Shown here piece after piece: positions 52,975 through 64,000 of a stretch of 64,000 nt of DNA. Position numbers and translations under genes: made by a program. The DNA is taken from positions 18,228,001-18,292,000 of the forward strand of contig NC_043009.1 in NCBI RefSeq assembly GCF_006345805.1, read 5' to 3'. Source of the DNA: Octopus sinensis (taxonomy: Eukaryota). The notes under the pieces were generated by a model. It worked only from the letters and a program-made list of their open reading frames with translations, searched no databases and had not been told where the DNA came from. The stretch's first letter is position 1; every line of letters begins with the position of its first letter.

Positions 52975-53511
52975 GATACACAGATACACATACTCACATA
53001 CAAATACATACACACACAGTTGTCATTTCTACAAACACACTCCCAGGGGTCCACACATAAACACAAACATTTCAATATTAATCCGCTGACCTTCCTCCAT
53101 ATCCAATTGTTCTTCTTCAAACGTCCTTTCTCCTGCTTCATAACCCTCGCTTTCTAAATATACGGCTCTGCACATCTCTTCCACTCCTTTACGTTTTCTC
53201 CCCTACTGCTCATCTCCCTTTCTCTTACATACACACATACATACATACATACATACATGCGTGCATTCATTTCAGCCTTTTGTTGCGTCTCACCTTCATA
53301 ACCCTCATTTTATCCCCTCTTGTTATCTCACCCACATAATCACACATTGAGTAAAAGAAGTACTCAATACTGTGAGAGAGAGAATTAACAATATTTCTTC
53401 AAACCTGAGTCTGGGCAAGTCGCTATCGCCTGAAACGGGAACAGGAAACTCGAAGTAGCGCCTCAGTATCGCTGAATGCACAAGAATGGCCAAAAATATA
53501 ATTTTGGTTTC

Positions 53512-53640
53512 AAATTTTGGCACAAAGCCAGAAAGTTTGGGGGAGGGTGTAAGTCAATTACGTTGAACCCCAGTACTCAACTGGTATTGATTTTATCGCC
53601 TCGGAAAGGATGAAATGTAAACTCGACCTTGGCGGATTAT
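53512..53640 (-). mobile_element. SINE family A, 3' part
   Basis: GGCACAAAGCCAGAAAGTTTGGGGGAGGG...CCCCAGTACTCAACTGGTA...AAAGGATGAAATGTAAACTCGACCTTGGCGGA. Confidence 0.8.
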
Positions 53641-53714
53641 GCACATATACAATATAAACACATATAAGTATAGACATGTATTTATACATACACACACACA
53701 CACACACACACACT

Positions 53715-53745
<31 letters not shown>

Positions 53746-54193
53746 GTATTTCATGTGTGTGTATGTGTGAAAGAGAACATATCTATTTGTTAATTCATTT
53801 ATTTATTTATTTACACACACACACCACACGCACACACCACACGCACACACACACACGCACACACACACACTGACATATGGGCGTAGCTAAACAAAACAAC
53901 GCTCATATATCCACACTCACATATACACAAATATATGTGTATGTGTATGTTTATGAATGTATGTATGGATGGATGGATGTATGGCTGGCTGGCTGGCTGA
54001 ATGGCTGGCTGGCTGGATTGGATGGAGGGATGGATGCATGCATGTATGGGGGTACGTGAGTTTACCCTAATCCTAGCTTTTCGACTATCTGTCCCTCATA
54101 TAGCTTTTCTCTCTCTTTCGTTCACCCCTTGTTTATTTTCACTCTTACATTTTCCAGATCTTCCTTGCCGTATTTTACGTCTTTCCTGCTCCC

Positions 54194-54237
<44 letters not shown>

Positions 54238-55347
54238 TCTGCCATATCTTCCGACTCACGCATTGTTCTGTTGCTTTGTTTGGTGTTTCCCTAATATTCG
54301 CCACCTCACCCAGCTGGCCAGCTAATAGTGGTGGGTGGGGGTATATGAAGCAAGGTGTGTGTGTGTGTGCGTGGAAGAGTGCAGTTTGTCATTCTGAGTC
54401 GAGGGTGTGTTTATGTAAGACTACAGTGAAAATAGAGCAGGTGTGAAGATAGAATGGAGTGGAGGAGAGTACGACAGACACGCTAAGAGACGGGAGGCGG
54501 GAATGGTTATAGAGTGAAACAGGGTACTGTGAGAGGGGGAGTCATCGAGAGAGAGAGAGAGAGATCTAGAAGAATGGGTATTGAGTAAGAGTGATTTAAA
54601 TTCCACGGTGAGAGAGAGAGAGAGAGAGAGTGAGAGATAGAGTGAGAGAGAGAGAGTGAGAGAGAGAGAGAGAGGAGAACAGAAAAGTAGAGTAGTGGGA
54701 GGAAATATGTGGTAGAGAAAGAAGACAGATATGTGGTAGCAAAACAAAAATTTTAAAAATGAGGTAGAGAGAGAGAAAGAAAGAGAAGGAAAGTGAGTAG
54801 AGTGGAAGGGAGAGAGAGAGAGAGAAAGAAAGAGAAGGAAAGTGAGTAGAGTGGAAGGGAGAGAGAAGACCTTAAGAACGAGTGGAAGGTCGAGGAGACA
54901 GATATGTGGAAAACTTAGCTTGCGTTTTATTTACGTAAATACTGATATCATATTTCAAAACCGGGAACAACAGACCCGGATTGCTGGTTGGATGGGTAGG
55001 TAGGTGATGGGTAGTTGTAATGGGATGTAGGAGGAGGATACAGAACATTGACACAGTACCCGCCTTAAGCCTCCTTGTCTTAACAATCCACCCGTCTATT
55101 GCTGAGAGGTGGTACTTTTTTCAAACGATTGTAACTATAACATTCATTACTTACTCTGTGGGCGAGCAACGTACAGTTGAGCTAAGAGCCCAAATATATC
55201 AAGTACGTGACCCGGTTTCAAGTCCTACTTGCAGTCACTTCTCATCACTTCACTTTATATCGCTAATACCCTTTAAAAAGCATAAACGTCACACTGTGTA
55301 GATCTCTCTTTCATCGTCCCTCCAATGAATTCTAGTCTTTCTACCTA

Positions 55348-55418
<71 letters not shown>

Positions 55419-56977
55419 CATATATATGAAGTTTTAACGTTGTACAATGGAGACAAATAACCTGACAGTGCATTGAGCTTGTGGCCCAATTGAAATCCAT
55501 TTTAATTTACTTGACACCATTCATCGCTTCATTCCACGAGCAATACATGAATGTCGCTCTTACCCTTGCTTTCACCCCAGCCCTTCTAAAGAATTCCACA
55601 ATCATGGCCCCTGGTGTCAAAGTAAATTCCACGCGAATTTTTCCCAGTTTAGAAAAGCTTTGTAAAAGGCATAAAAGAGTCGTCAATTTTATGTAAGAGA
55701 TTATAAATTTCTCCGAAAACAATGGAACTGGCACAGCTGGTAAATGTGTACTTCGAAGTATTGCTATATCTGTTTATATGTCAAATTCTACCCAGACCGA
55801 TGGGTATTTACTTTCATCCCTCCAGCATCAATGATAGCAACAATACACTGAATATACTGACGTCGATTCGATATATAGAACACATCTTTGTCGCTCTAGC
55901 TGTGTGAAGGGAGCAAATGTAGAAATCTGAATTACCACCTTTCATGTTAAAGCTAAGCAACTGAACACTTGGTGATTTTATCTGTGACAAAGTAATAGCT
56001 TATCGCTCTGTCACATAGGGAAGTGTACCATCTGCTTGAAGGAAACTGGAAGTGAGATCAGCTCTGTAGAGCCTTGTTATGGAGAAAAAGATTAAAATTT
56101 TACCGATGAGTGCAGTAGTAGCACTGTATATTCGATTTGTGTGTAGCTTGGTACACAGGTTCAACATTTTAAGTTCAATGGAAAATTAAAATCTTTAAGC
56201 TCTTCTCAGAAGAATTAAAATTGTACGAAGGAAATTAACTGGTATAAATGGAGAATCGAACCAGAGTATAGTTATCCAGCATTTCGTTAACGTTTAGCAG
56301 TAGCTCATGTCTGAACACCTTGCAATCAGCACTCTTCCATTACACAATATGGAAACAAAATTTTCAATGGAGGTTAAATGCATTTGATGTGTTGTGAGTT
56401 CGTCCATAGCTTTCTAACGAAGTAAAGGAGGGCGTTCCAATTAGGCAAGTAAATATCTTATGATTTTTCTTTTTCATGTGATAGTCCAGAAACTCTAAAA
56501 TCTGAGAGAAACAATAAGTTGTGACGTTCATGCATTTTCTGAGCGATTAAGCTGAAATAAACCTCCAACCCTAGATCAGGGTTTCGTTTGTACGCGCTCA
56601 GGTATCTATGAAATGACATACTCGCAAAAATCGCAATTTCCCCACCAAGTCGAAACTTTTGAACAAATTGAAGGTGACTAAAACGATTATGAAAGTGGAT
56701 AATGACATTTAAGCTATATGAAAAGGTTTGATAATGTAAAGGAAAGAGGTTTCCACCTAGAAAAGCAGTTGCCAAGTTCGGTTCTCTGAGATATTTAAAC
56801 AGACATTGTGGTCTGCAACAATGTTACAAAAACAAATTGGTTTCGCTTTGGAAAATATTGACGAAGCGAATTCAGAAAAAGACTAATTACTTAATACCTG
56901 TACAAATACAATGATTATTTTTTTTTGCTCAGAAAAGAGATATTAACGAAAATATTATTTATTCCGCGCACATCAAA

Positions 56978-57165
56978 GAGGCAAGTTGGTAGAATCGTTG
57001 GCACGTTGGACAAAATGAAAAGGGGTATTTCTATCGATTCTAAGTAAGTGAGTTCAAGTCCTGCTGAAGTCAACTTTACCTTTCACCGTTTCGGGGTAGA
57101 TAAACAATGTACCAGTCTTGCCCCCTCCCTCAAAATTTCTAGCCTTGTGCCAATATTAAAAAGAA
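56978..57165 (+). mobile_element. SINE family A, diverged
   Basis: GGCAAGTTGGTAGAATCGTTGGCACG...GAGTTCAAGTCC...TTTCGGGGTAGATAAA. Confidence 0.8.
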
Positions 57166-58524
57166 TTATTTATTCTACGCACAGTCAAGTATATTGTAGC
57201 AATGTCCAATGGTGAGTGATTAACAGAAAAATTGATTTTATGATATTAAAGCATTAGTAAAACATAATTATCCCCAACATCTCTATTTCACGTTTAAAAT
57301 GACATATTCCAGTGGCGAGCGCCGTCTGGTTTAGATCATAATATGATGAATTTTGCAGTTGGGTTTCAATTCTCAGAAAGCAATATTTACCTACATACAC
57401 TTCTCATTGCTAACATTATTGAAAATGGTAGCAATATGACAAATTCATTTATATCTTTCTACCAAGAGGATCAATAACCAATTGAAAGATAATAAGGGTT
57501 ATGAAAAATCAATACTAAAATAAATGCAGATATACTTTGTTTATTTCATCACAATTTGAAGTGTGTGTGTGTGTGTGTGTGTGTATTCGTTTATCTTTAA
57601 CAAGGTTTCATAGTCATGAGAGGAGTTGTGTTCAAGGATTTTGTCGATCAGAGCAACCCTAATACTTATACAAACTGATTATGTTACAGGACATAAAGTG
57701 ACACAGTATAAAGCACACACGTATGTATATGACGTATTTCTGCGCATCTTCTCGTCACAAAATTCTATACAAGCTAGTGATCAAGCCGCACGCTGGGAGA
57801 TCGAACCCAGGATCACCAGATGAACTTCTTAACTACACAATTACGAGTTTTCACCTCTGCGTGTGTGAGTATACAAGAAATATATTTAGACGAAAACTTT
57901 ATACCCAATATTTTGATTTAATTTAATATTTATCAACTTTGCATAACCATAGCATTTGCCTCTTTTGCGCCGTTTGATGGAAACGTCAATAACAAAGACC
58001 TGCATCCGATTATGTCGACGTATGATGTGGCGTTAACCTAATTCCTCATACGTCTGTTAAATACGTTCTACACATGTCATATTGCCATCATTGTTCAGGA
58101 CGGCTCAAAAGACGTGAAAAAAGATGATGAAAAGGTTCTGTCAACAAAGCAGAGTTGTTTGATTATTGTTGTTGCTTCTCGTTGTTTATTGTTGTTCTTG
58201 TTTACATTGTTGTAATTCTAGCTGATGTTGGACAGGAGCTGTTGTTGTCACCCTATATGAGCAAACCTGTGATCAAAATTATTCTCTTGATGAAAGCCTC
58301 TTTAAAAACAATGAAACTCATCCTGCATTGTAACGTTGTTGTTGTTGTTGTTGTTGTCGTGATGGTCTCGCTTCTGTATTTTTTACTGTCATTTATTTGT
58401 TTAATATGAAGAGATATACAAGTCAATTCATATGCGTGTGCGCGCGTCTGTTTATGTATGCATGTATGTATGTATGTGTGTGTGTGTGGGGGGGTTGTAT
58501 ATACACACACACGCGCGCACACAC

Positions 58525-58700
58525 ACAGGTGTAGTTGTGTGGTGAGAAGTTTGCTTCCAAACAAGATGGTTCCAAGTTCAGTCCTACTGCATGGCACCTC
58601 GGGAAAGTGTCTTCTGGTATATATAGCCTCAGGCCGACCAAAGCCTTCTAAGTGCATTCCGTAGATGGAAACTAAAAGAAGCCCGTCCTGTATACACACA
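58525..58700 (+). mobile_element. SINE family B, 5' half
   Basis: CAGGTGTAGTTGTGTGGTGAGAAGTTTGCTTCC...GGTTCCAAGTTCAGTCC...GGCCGACCAAAGCC. Confidence 0.85.
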
Positions 58701-58739
58701 CACGCACACACATACACATAACAAGGAAAAAGTAACAAC

Positions 58740-60474
58740 AAAAGAATGGACCTCGGTATTAGGGAAATAGAGGATATTTATACATGTATAGTTTAGGACA
58801 ATCAGTAACCTCTTGGTTCCGGCATTTGAAACTCCGAATACTATTATGACAATTTACTGATTGTCTTCAACTATGCATATATAAACATCCTCTATTTACC
58901 TAATATCGAGGTCTCATTCTTTTGCTGTCACTTTTTTATTATTATTATTATCGAATTACCTCCCGTACACCGCAGCATTGTCTCTAAGAGGCCAATACAG
59001 CTAGTATTGAATAGTTGCTAGTAATCGGTTGAGGACTTTCTCCACAGAAGAATCTAATACGGATCCTTAGAGTATCGATTATTCAATGAAAAACATACCT
59101 ATACCATCCAGGGAATTATACTCTAAGAAACTATTGGAAAAAATTACGAATCTTATTAAGTGAATGAGATAGAAGGCCTTCCATTACAGCAATGAAAAGT
59201 CTATCACAAAGAACAAATATTCTACGAAATAAAATAAAATAAATTCCTTCCTAAAATCAAGGACTTAGAAGATTTCGAAACAGATCTAATGAAGCTTATA
59301 AACAAAACCAAATTTCCTAAGTCCTTTAACACTTTTCCACAGAAACTGAAAAAAACATTAAAAACATAAAAAGTTCCCCCAAAACGGCCCTTTTTCTAAT
59401 AAAACCAAGACAACTCCTACATAACAATGTTATTAATAATTACACTAAAGCTAAACCACAAGTTTATAACGACATTAATAAAGAAGCTAGTATCATCGCC
59501 GCTAGGTTTAAATTAGATAAAAATAACAGAGAGCCTCCCCCCCACCAAAAAAAAGAGGCCTTTAAATATTTCTTCTTACTTATAGATAGACACGTTCCAA
59601 TAAATCATAAATATAGGAAACTTTTTAAAAGGCATAACCTAAAAATTGGTTTTAGTTCAACCACAAATTTTAAAAACAATTGCACTCAACGCAAAAAAAA
59701 AATCAGCAACACGAAGCCGGCTATTCCTGCAGGGATAAAGACTTGTACCCACTAAATGGAGCCTGTATGACCGAGCCATTATTTATGAAGCCACCGTAAA
59801 TTCTACGAATGCTAATAACAGTTTTGTCAAAGAGATATGTGGGTCTCACGGAGGGAAATCTTAAAAGACATTGGGATAAACGAAAAGCTACCAAATTATC
59901 CAGTCATATACGGTTCTTAAAAGAACAAGGTGTCAGCTATAGGATTTACTGGAAGATCTTGGCCAAGTGTAAACCTTATACCAACGGTAGTAGCAAATGC
60001 GGGCTTTGTGATAAAGAAAGATGGCTCATCTGGAAAAGTTCCTTGGACCCCGCTACATGTCTGAATTCAAGAACTGAACTTTTTGGATCATGTCCATATA
60101 TGACAAAATATCTGTTACGGTTTTAGGGTCCCCAAGATCACGGATAGAATCTGAATTTTTACTATGTTCATGCACAAGCTTTCCATATATCTTAATATTT
60201 TTTATTGTTTTATGTATATTTCATTTTTTCCTTTTTAATTGTGTGATTGTGTACGTGTGTGAGTAGATGTACATGCATGTATATATTAAATGTACATATG
60301 TGTGCGTTTGTATATATTTGTACGCGTGTATGTATGTGTATGAGTGTAGGACTTGTCTGGTGCATAAGTGAGACTTTCATGTACACGTCCCTTTCTTTTA
60401 TACGGATATGCATATACTTGTATTTCTGAAGTTGTAGGTGTGTGATAGGAGGATGTATATATATATATACATAC

Positions 60475-60527
<53 letters not shown>

Positions 60528-60679
60528 ATTATATATATACACGTATATTTATATGTTTAAATTTCTAAATAATAATATATAATGTATGTAAGCAACACCT
60601 ATATGTATTGAAGATGAAGTTGCGCGCACATATACATATATACGTATATACATACATACATCATAACATAAATATATAG

Positions 60680-60719
<40 letters not shown>

Positions 60720-61062
60720 TATACACGTGTGTGTGTGGATATGTGTATGAGTACGTACATGCATATATATATTTGTGTGAGCATGGGCATGTACATATAC
60801 ATGTTTGTGTGAATGTGTACGTATGTAGACCTTTATGAACACAGGAGGTTTTATGTCTATGTTTTGTGAGAATATAGTTGCGTGTATTTTTTATCTTTTA
60901 TATTTTTCCCTACCTGTTACAGTATCTTCCCATTTATTCAACGGTTTTTTTATAGCGTCTATTGCCATTAAGAGCCGATGAGAATGCATAGCAGCTCTTA
61001 GCTCCTGCATTTGAAACTCTGAGTACTATTATGACAACTTACTGATTGTCCTAAACTATACA

Positions 61063-61064
<2 letters not shown>
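58740..61064 (+). mobile_element. Non-autonomous Penelope-like element with RT deleted and pLTR-like direct and inverted repeats
   Basis: From 59086 it reads MKNIPIPSRELYSKKLLEKITNLIK*MR*KAF, PKIKDLEDFETDLMKLINK and YNDINKEASIIA, then jumps to LIDRHVPINHKYRKLFKRHNLKIGFSS and SCRDKDLYPLNGACM..IIYEATV..KRYVGLTEG...TKLSSHIRFLK...WKIL...CGLCDKE...LNSRTELFGSCP. Direct repeats lie at 58810-58877 and 60995-61064, and inverted repeats at 58740-58808 and 58854-58923. Confidence 0.75.
60972..61030 (+). ncRNA. Degenerate hammerhead motif in the PLE 3' pLTR
   Basis: AG-CCGATGA-GAATGC-(19 nt)-GCATTT-GAAA-CTCTGAG-TA-CT. It has a U4C change, stem II GAATGC/GCATTT, near-palindromic ACTC.GAGT and a GUA triplet. 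Confidence 0.5.
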
Positions 61065-61094
<30 letters not shown>

Positions 61095-61923
61095 CTAGCT
61101 GGTGGACCCGGTAATTCCCGGAAGTAAATATCTTCTATTGAAACGCCTTAATACTCTGATATAAGAAAGCAATTTCGTTATAACTGCCATAAAAGGTGTG
61201 TTTTCCGTCGCGAAAAAGTACAAAAAACTGCCAGCTGGAAGAGGGTGAGATTGTTGGAGGTTGGCAAGAGAGGTTTTCGGAGGATGGTGAAAAAGTACTC
61301 TGACTCGTCGTGGCATTTTAAAGGCTAATTTATTAAAGGTAATATATAAATGTAGTATATATATACATATATGAATGAAGTGTTTAATGTTTAAGAATGA
61401 AATGAAGAAAGTGTAATAATAATAATAACGTTCACACTCGCTGATGGTCGCTCCCAGTAACTGCCTTTGGCTTATGAAGTTCTTGTTTTTATAACTATCG
61501 AAAAGTAGCCAGAAGGATAGACATATTGTTGAGAACAAATGATTTCGTTGGTGGTCTGTTATCTCCATTCCAGCCCCTGGTGCCCTAGAAGGCCTCTGGG
61601 AAATGTATAACTGCTGTCATTCTCAGAAAAACAATTGTTTTACCGTGAGAAAAGCGCTGTTGAAGTGTTAAGTGAAATTTGGCAATCAAGGATCGAATCC
61701 ATGCTATGCTTGCATGAAGCCACTACAAATACGTTAGGAATAAAAATTCATAGAAAAAGTGTAACTGTAAAAATGCAGAATTATTGGAGTAATGGGCATT
61801 CAAAAATGTATGTATGTATAAAAATGTATGTATGAAGTCTTTAAGGTTTAAGATTCAAATCAAAGAAATGCAATAATAATGTTCAGCAGTTCAAAACTCA
61901 GTAATTGTTTCACTTTCAACATT

Positions 61924-62000
<77 letters not shown>

Positions 62001-62191
62001 AATCTATCTATCTCTCGCTCTCTCTTTCTTTTCTCTCTCTTTATATATATATATATATATGTATAAGTATAATTATATATTTAAAAATTAATTTTACCGA
62101 CATGGTCATTTTTTATACGCTAGCCACTGATATAATCATTTTAATGATTATATCCTCAATTCATATATATAATATATATATAATATATATA

Positions 62192-62222
<31 letters not shown>

Positions 62223-62260
62223 CGTATGTATGTATGTATGTATGTATGTATGTATGTATG

Positions 62261-62957
62261 TATTGGGTTGGCAACTAAGTTCCCGCTGTTTTTAATTTTG
62301 GAATTTATTGTTTTTTTAAATTTTGCAACCTATTTTTTTCGAGAATTCTATTTTTGAATTATTTTTGAATCTTTTTTTTTCTAGTTAATTTTAGTTATTT
62401 TTTGTTTATTTTCAGATCATTAAAATGGGATGTCAAGTTAAGAAAAACGAGCATTTTCGACACCTCCTTCTTTTTGCTTTTAATCAAGGTTCTAACGCCG
62501 CAAAAGCTGTTCGCGATATTTGTGCTGTATATGGAGAGGGTGCTATAGCTGAGAGAACCGCTCGGGATTGGTATGCCAAGTTCAAAAATGGAAATTTTGA
62601 CCTCAAAGACGCACCGCATTCTGGCCGTCCAGTTGTGTTCGATGAAGCGCGATAAAACCAACTTTTGTACGAAAATTCTCGTCACACGACAAGTGAACTG
62701 GCAGAGGAAATGGAAAGCTCCCACACTGCTATAGAGAAGCATCTTCACTCGATGGGAAAGGTTCAGAAGTATGGAGTATGGGTTCCGCATGCTTTAAGTG
62801 ACAACAACAAAAATCAACGAGCCACAATCTCCGCTGGCTTGCGTGCTCGTCACCGATCAACTCATGGACACAAGCAACGATTTCTTTACTGAATCGTTAC
62901 TGGCAACGAAAAATGGTGCCTGTACATCAATATGAAGCAGCGTGAGGAATGGCTTAT
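62261..62957 (+). pseudogene. Mariner transposon relic with 5' TIR and 3'-truncated transposase
   Basis: TA plus TIR-like TTGGGTTGGCAACTAAGT, then MGCQVKKNEHFRHLLLFAFNQGSNAAKAVRDICAVYGEGAI...WYAKFKNGNFDLKD.PHSGRP, *, GVWVPHALS, *, IVTGNEKW (first catalytic Asp mutated to Asn). Confidence 0.92.
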
Positions 62958-63782
62958 CCATCTATGAATATATATATACATACAAAAACATACATACACA
63001 TACATATACATATGAACACATTTCGACATTTCCACCTATATTTACTAAATTACAAAATATATGTCTGCCCATCAAAGGACGTATACATACACAATAAGCA
63101 AACAGAAATTACTATTAATTAAGATATAAGTAAATTAATTATAAATTAAATTAATTATAAATTAATAAGTACCAAAAAAAGAATGAATGAATAAATAAAT
63201 AAATGAATAAAAATACAAGTAAAAATAAATACATAAATCAATAAATAAATAAATAAGTAAATAGAAATATATATATATATATATTATATATATATATTAT
63301 ATAAATATATATTATATATATATATATATCCATGTATAGATAAATAGATAAATAAAATAAAATACAAATTTAGATGGGTACAAAGATAAACTTAATATAT
63401 GAGGCTGCCAAACAAATACACGCGAAAAAAAACCGTATATGCTCATCGAAATAAACAACGTATACTACTTATAGACTCACATTTGTTACATATTGGTATA
63501 GCAAAAACCCAAACCAGTGCCCTAAGATATGATGCGCATATACACCCTACACACATAAAAGACTCTGTGGAGATCAGAATATCATGCATATATCATAATA
63601 ACTATATATTTCAGTATATTTTTCAAGCCGGGACAAAAACAATCAATATAGAACATATATATGGAGATACAAAATTATAAATTATAAATTATAAGGACCA
63701 ATAGTACAGTCCTATATAGAGGAATGTTAAAAGATTACTGGTAGAAAAATTATGTGTTATTTAAATATAGAGAAAGTATACG

Positions 63783-64000
63783 CTAATTTGTGAAGGCAAA
63801 ACAATTTCTCTCGTTAATGTTATTAATAATGGGTAGGCCAGCCTTGATGATGAAGAATATTTCATTGATACATAAAGAGCATTTTTTATTTCTACTATTG
63901 TATACAGGTGCAGAAGTTAGTATTTCCCAATCTAATTTAAAATCTATGTTCTTACTCTTGAGTTCCCAGATATACGTACTTAACCCCGTAGAGTTCATCC
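63783..64000 (-). pseudogene. Penelope-like GIY-YIG endonuclease C-terminal part, running off the window end
   Basis: NSTGLSTYIWELKSKNIDFKLDWEIL...YNSRNKKCSLCINEIFFII...N..NE is the PLE endonuclease tail signature. Confidence 0.85.

Noticed and set aside
61095-61568. 157-aa minus-strand ORF
   Set aside because: It includes AT-rich low-complexity stretches, has no recognisable domain and overlaps a probable Helitron-type end.

Overview
AT-rich, microsatellite-saturated animal genomic DNA. It is probably from an octopus or other coleoid cephalopod; this is inferred only from my recognition of the two dominant tRNA-derived SINE families and the repeat landscape. I can support no intact host protein-coding gene, rRNA, tRNA or CRISPR array, and most ORF-track entries are translations of simple repeats. 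The window contains decayed mobile elements: Tc1 and two mariner transposase relics, a TIR/TSD-bounded non-autonomous Merlin element, a hAT-like MITE, Helitron-type pieces, CR1, RTE and R4-like (restriction-like endonuclease) LINE fragments, several Penelope-like element (PLE) GIY-YIG fragments and more than 15 SINE copies. The main hidden signal is RNA-level: about a dozen minimal type I hammerhead ribozyme (HHR) motifs from several unrelated sequence families, of the kind known from PLE pseudo-LTRs. Two have canonical cores and intact helices (24345-24436 and 43041-43086, minus strand). One (7784-7834, minus) has all helices intact but a swapped core, GUGAUCA instead of CUGAUGA, which is a compensatory G3:C8 exchange of the conserved C3:G8 tertiary pair. 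Other notable items are a near-perfect 62-bp-arm fold-back hairpin (30151-30280), a twin-priming-like inversion in a PLE fragment, an RT-deleted PLE with pLTR-like direct and inverted repeats, and a Merlin insertion whose empty site is present in a paralogous repeat in the same window.
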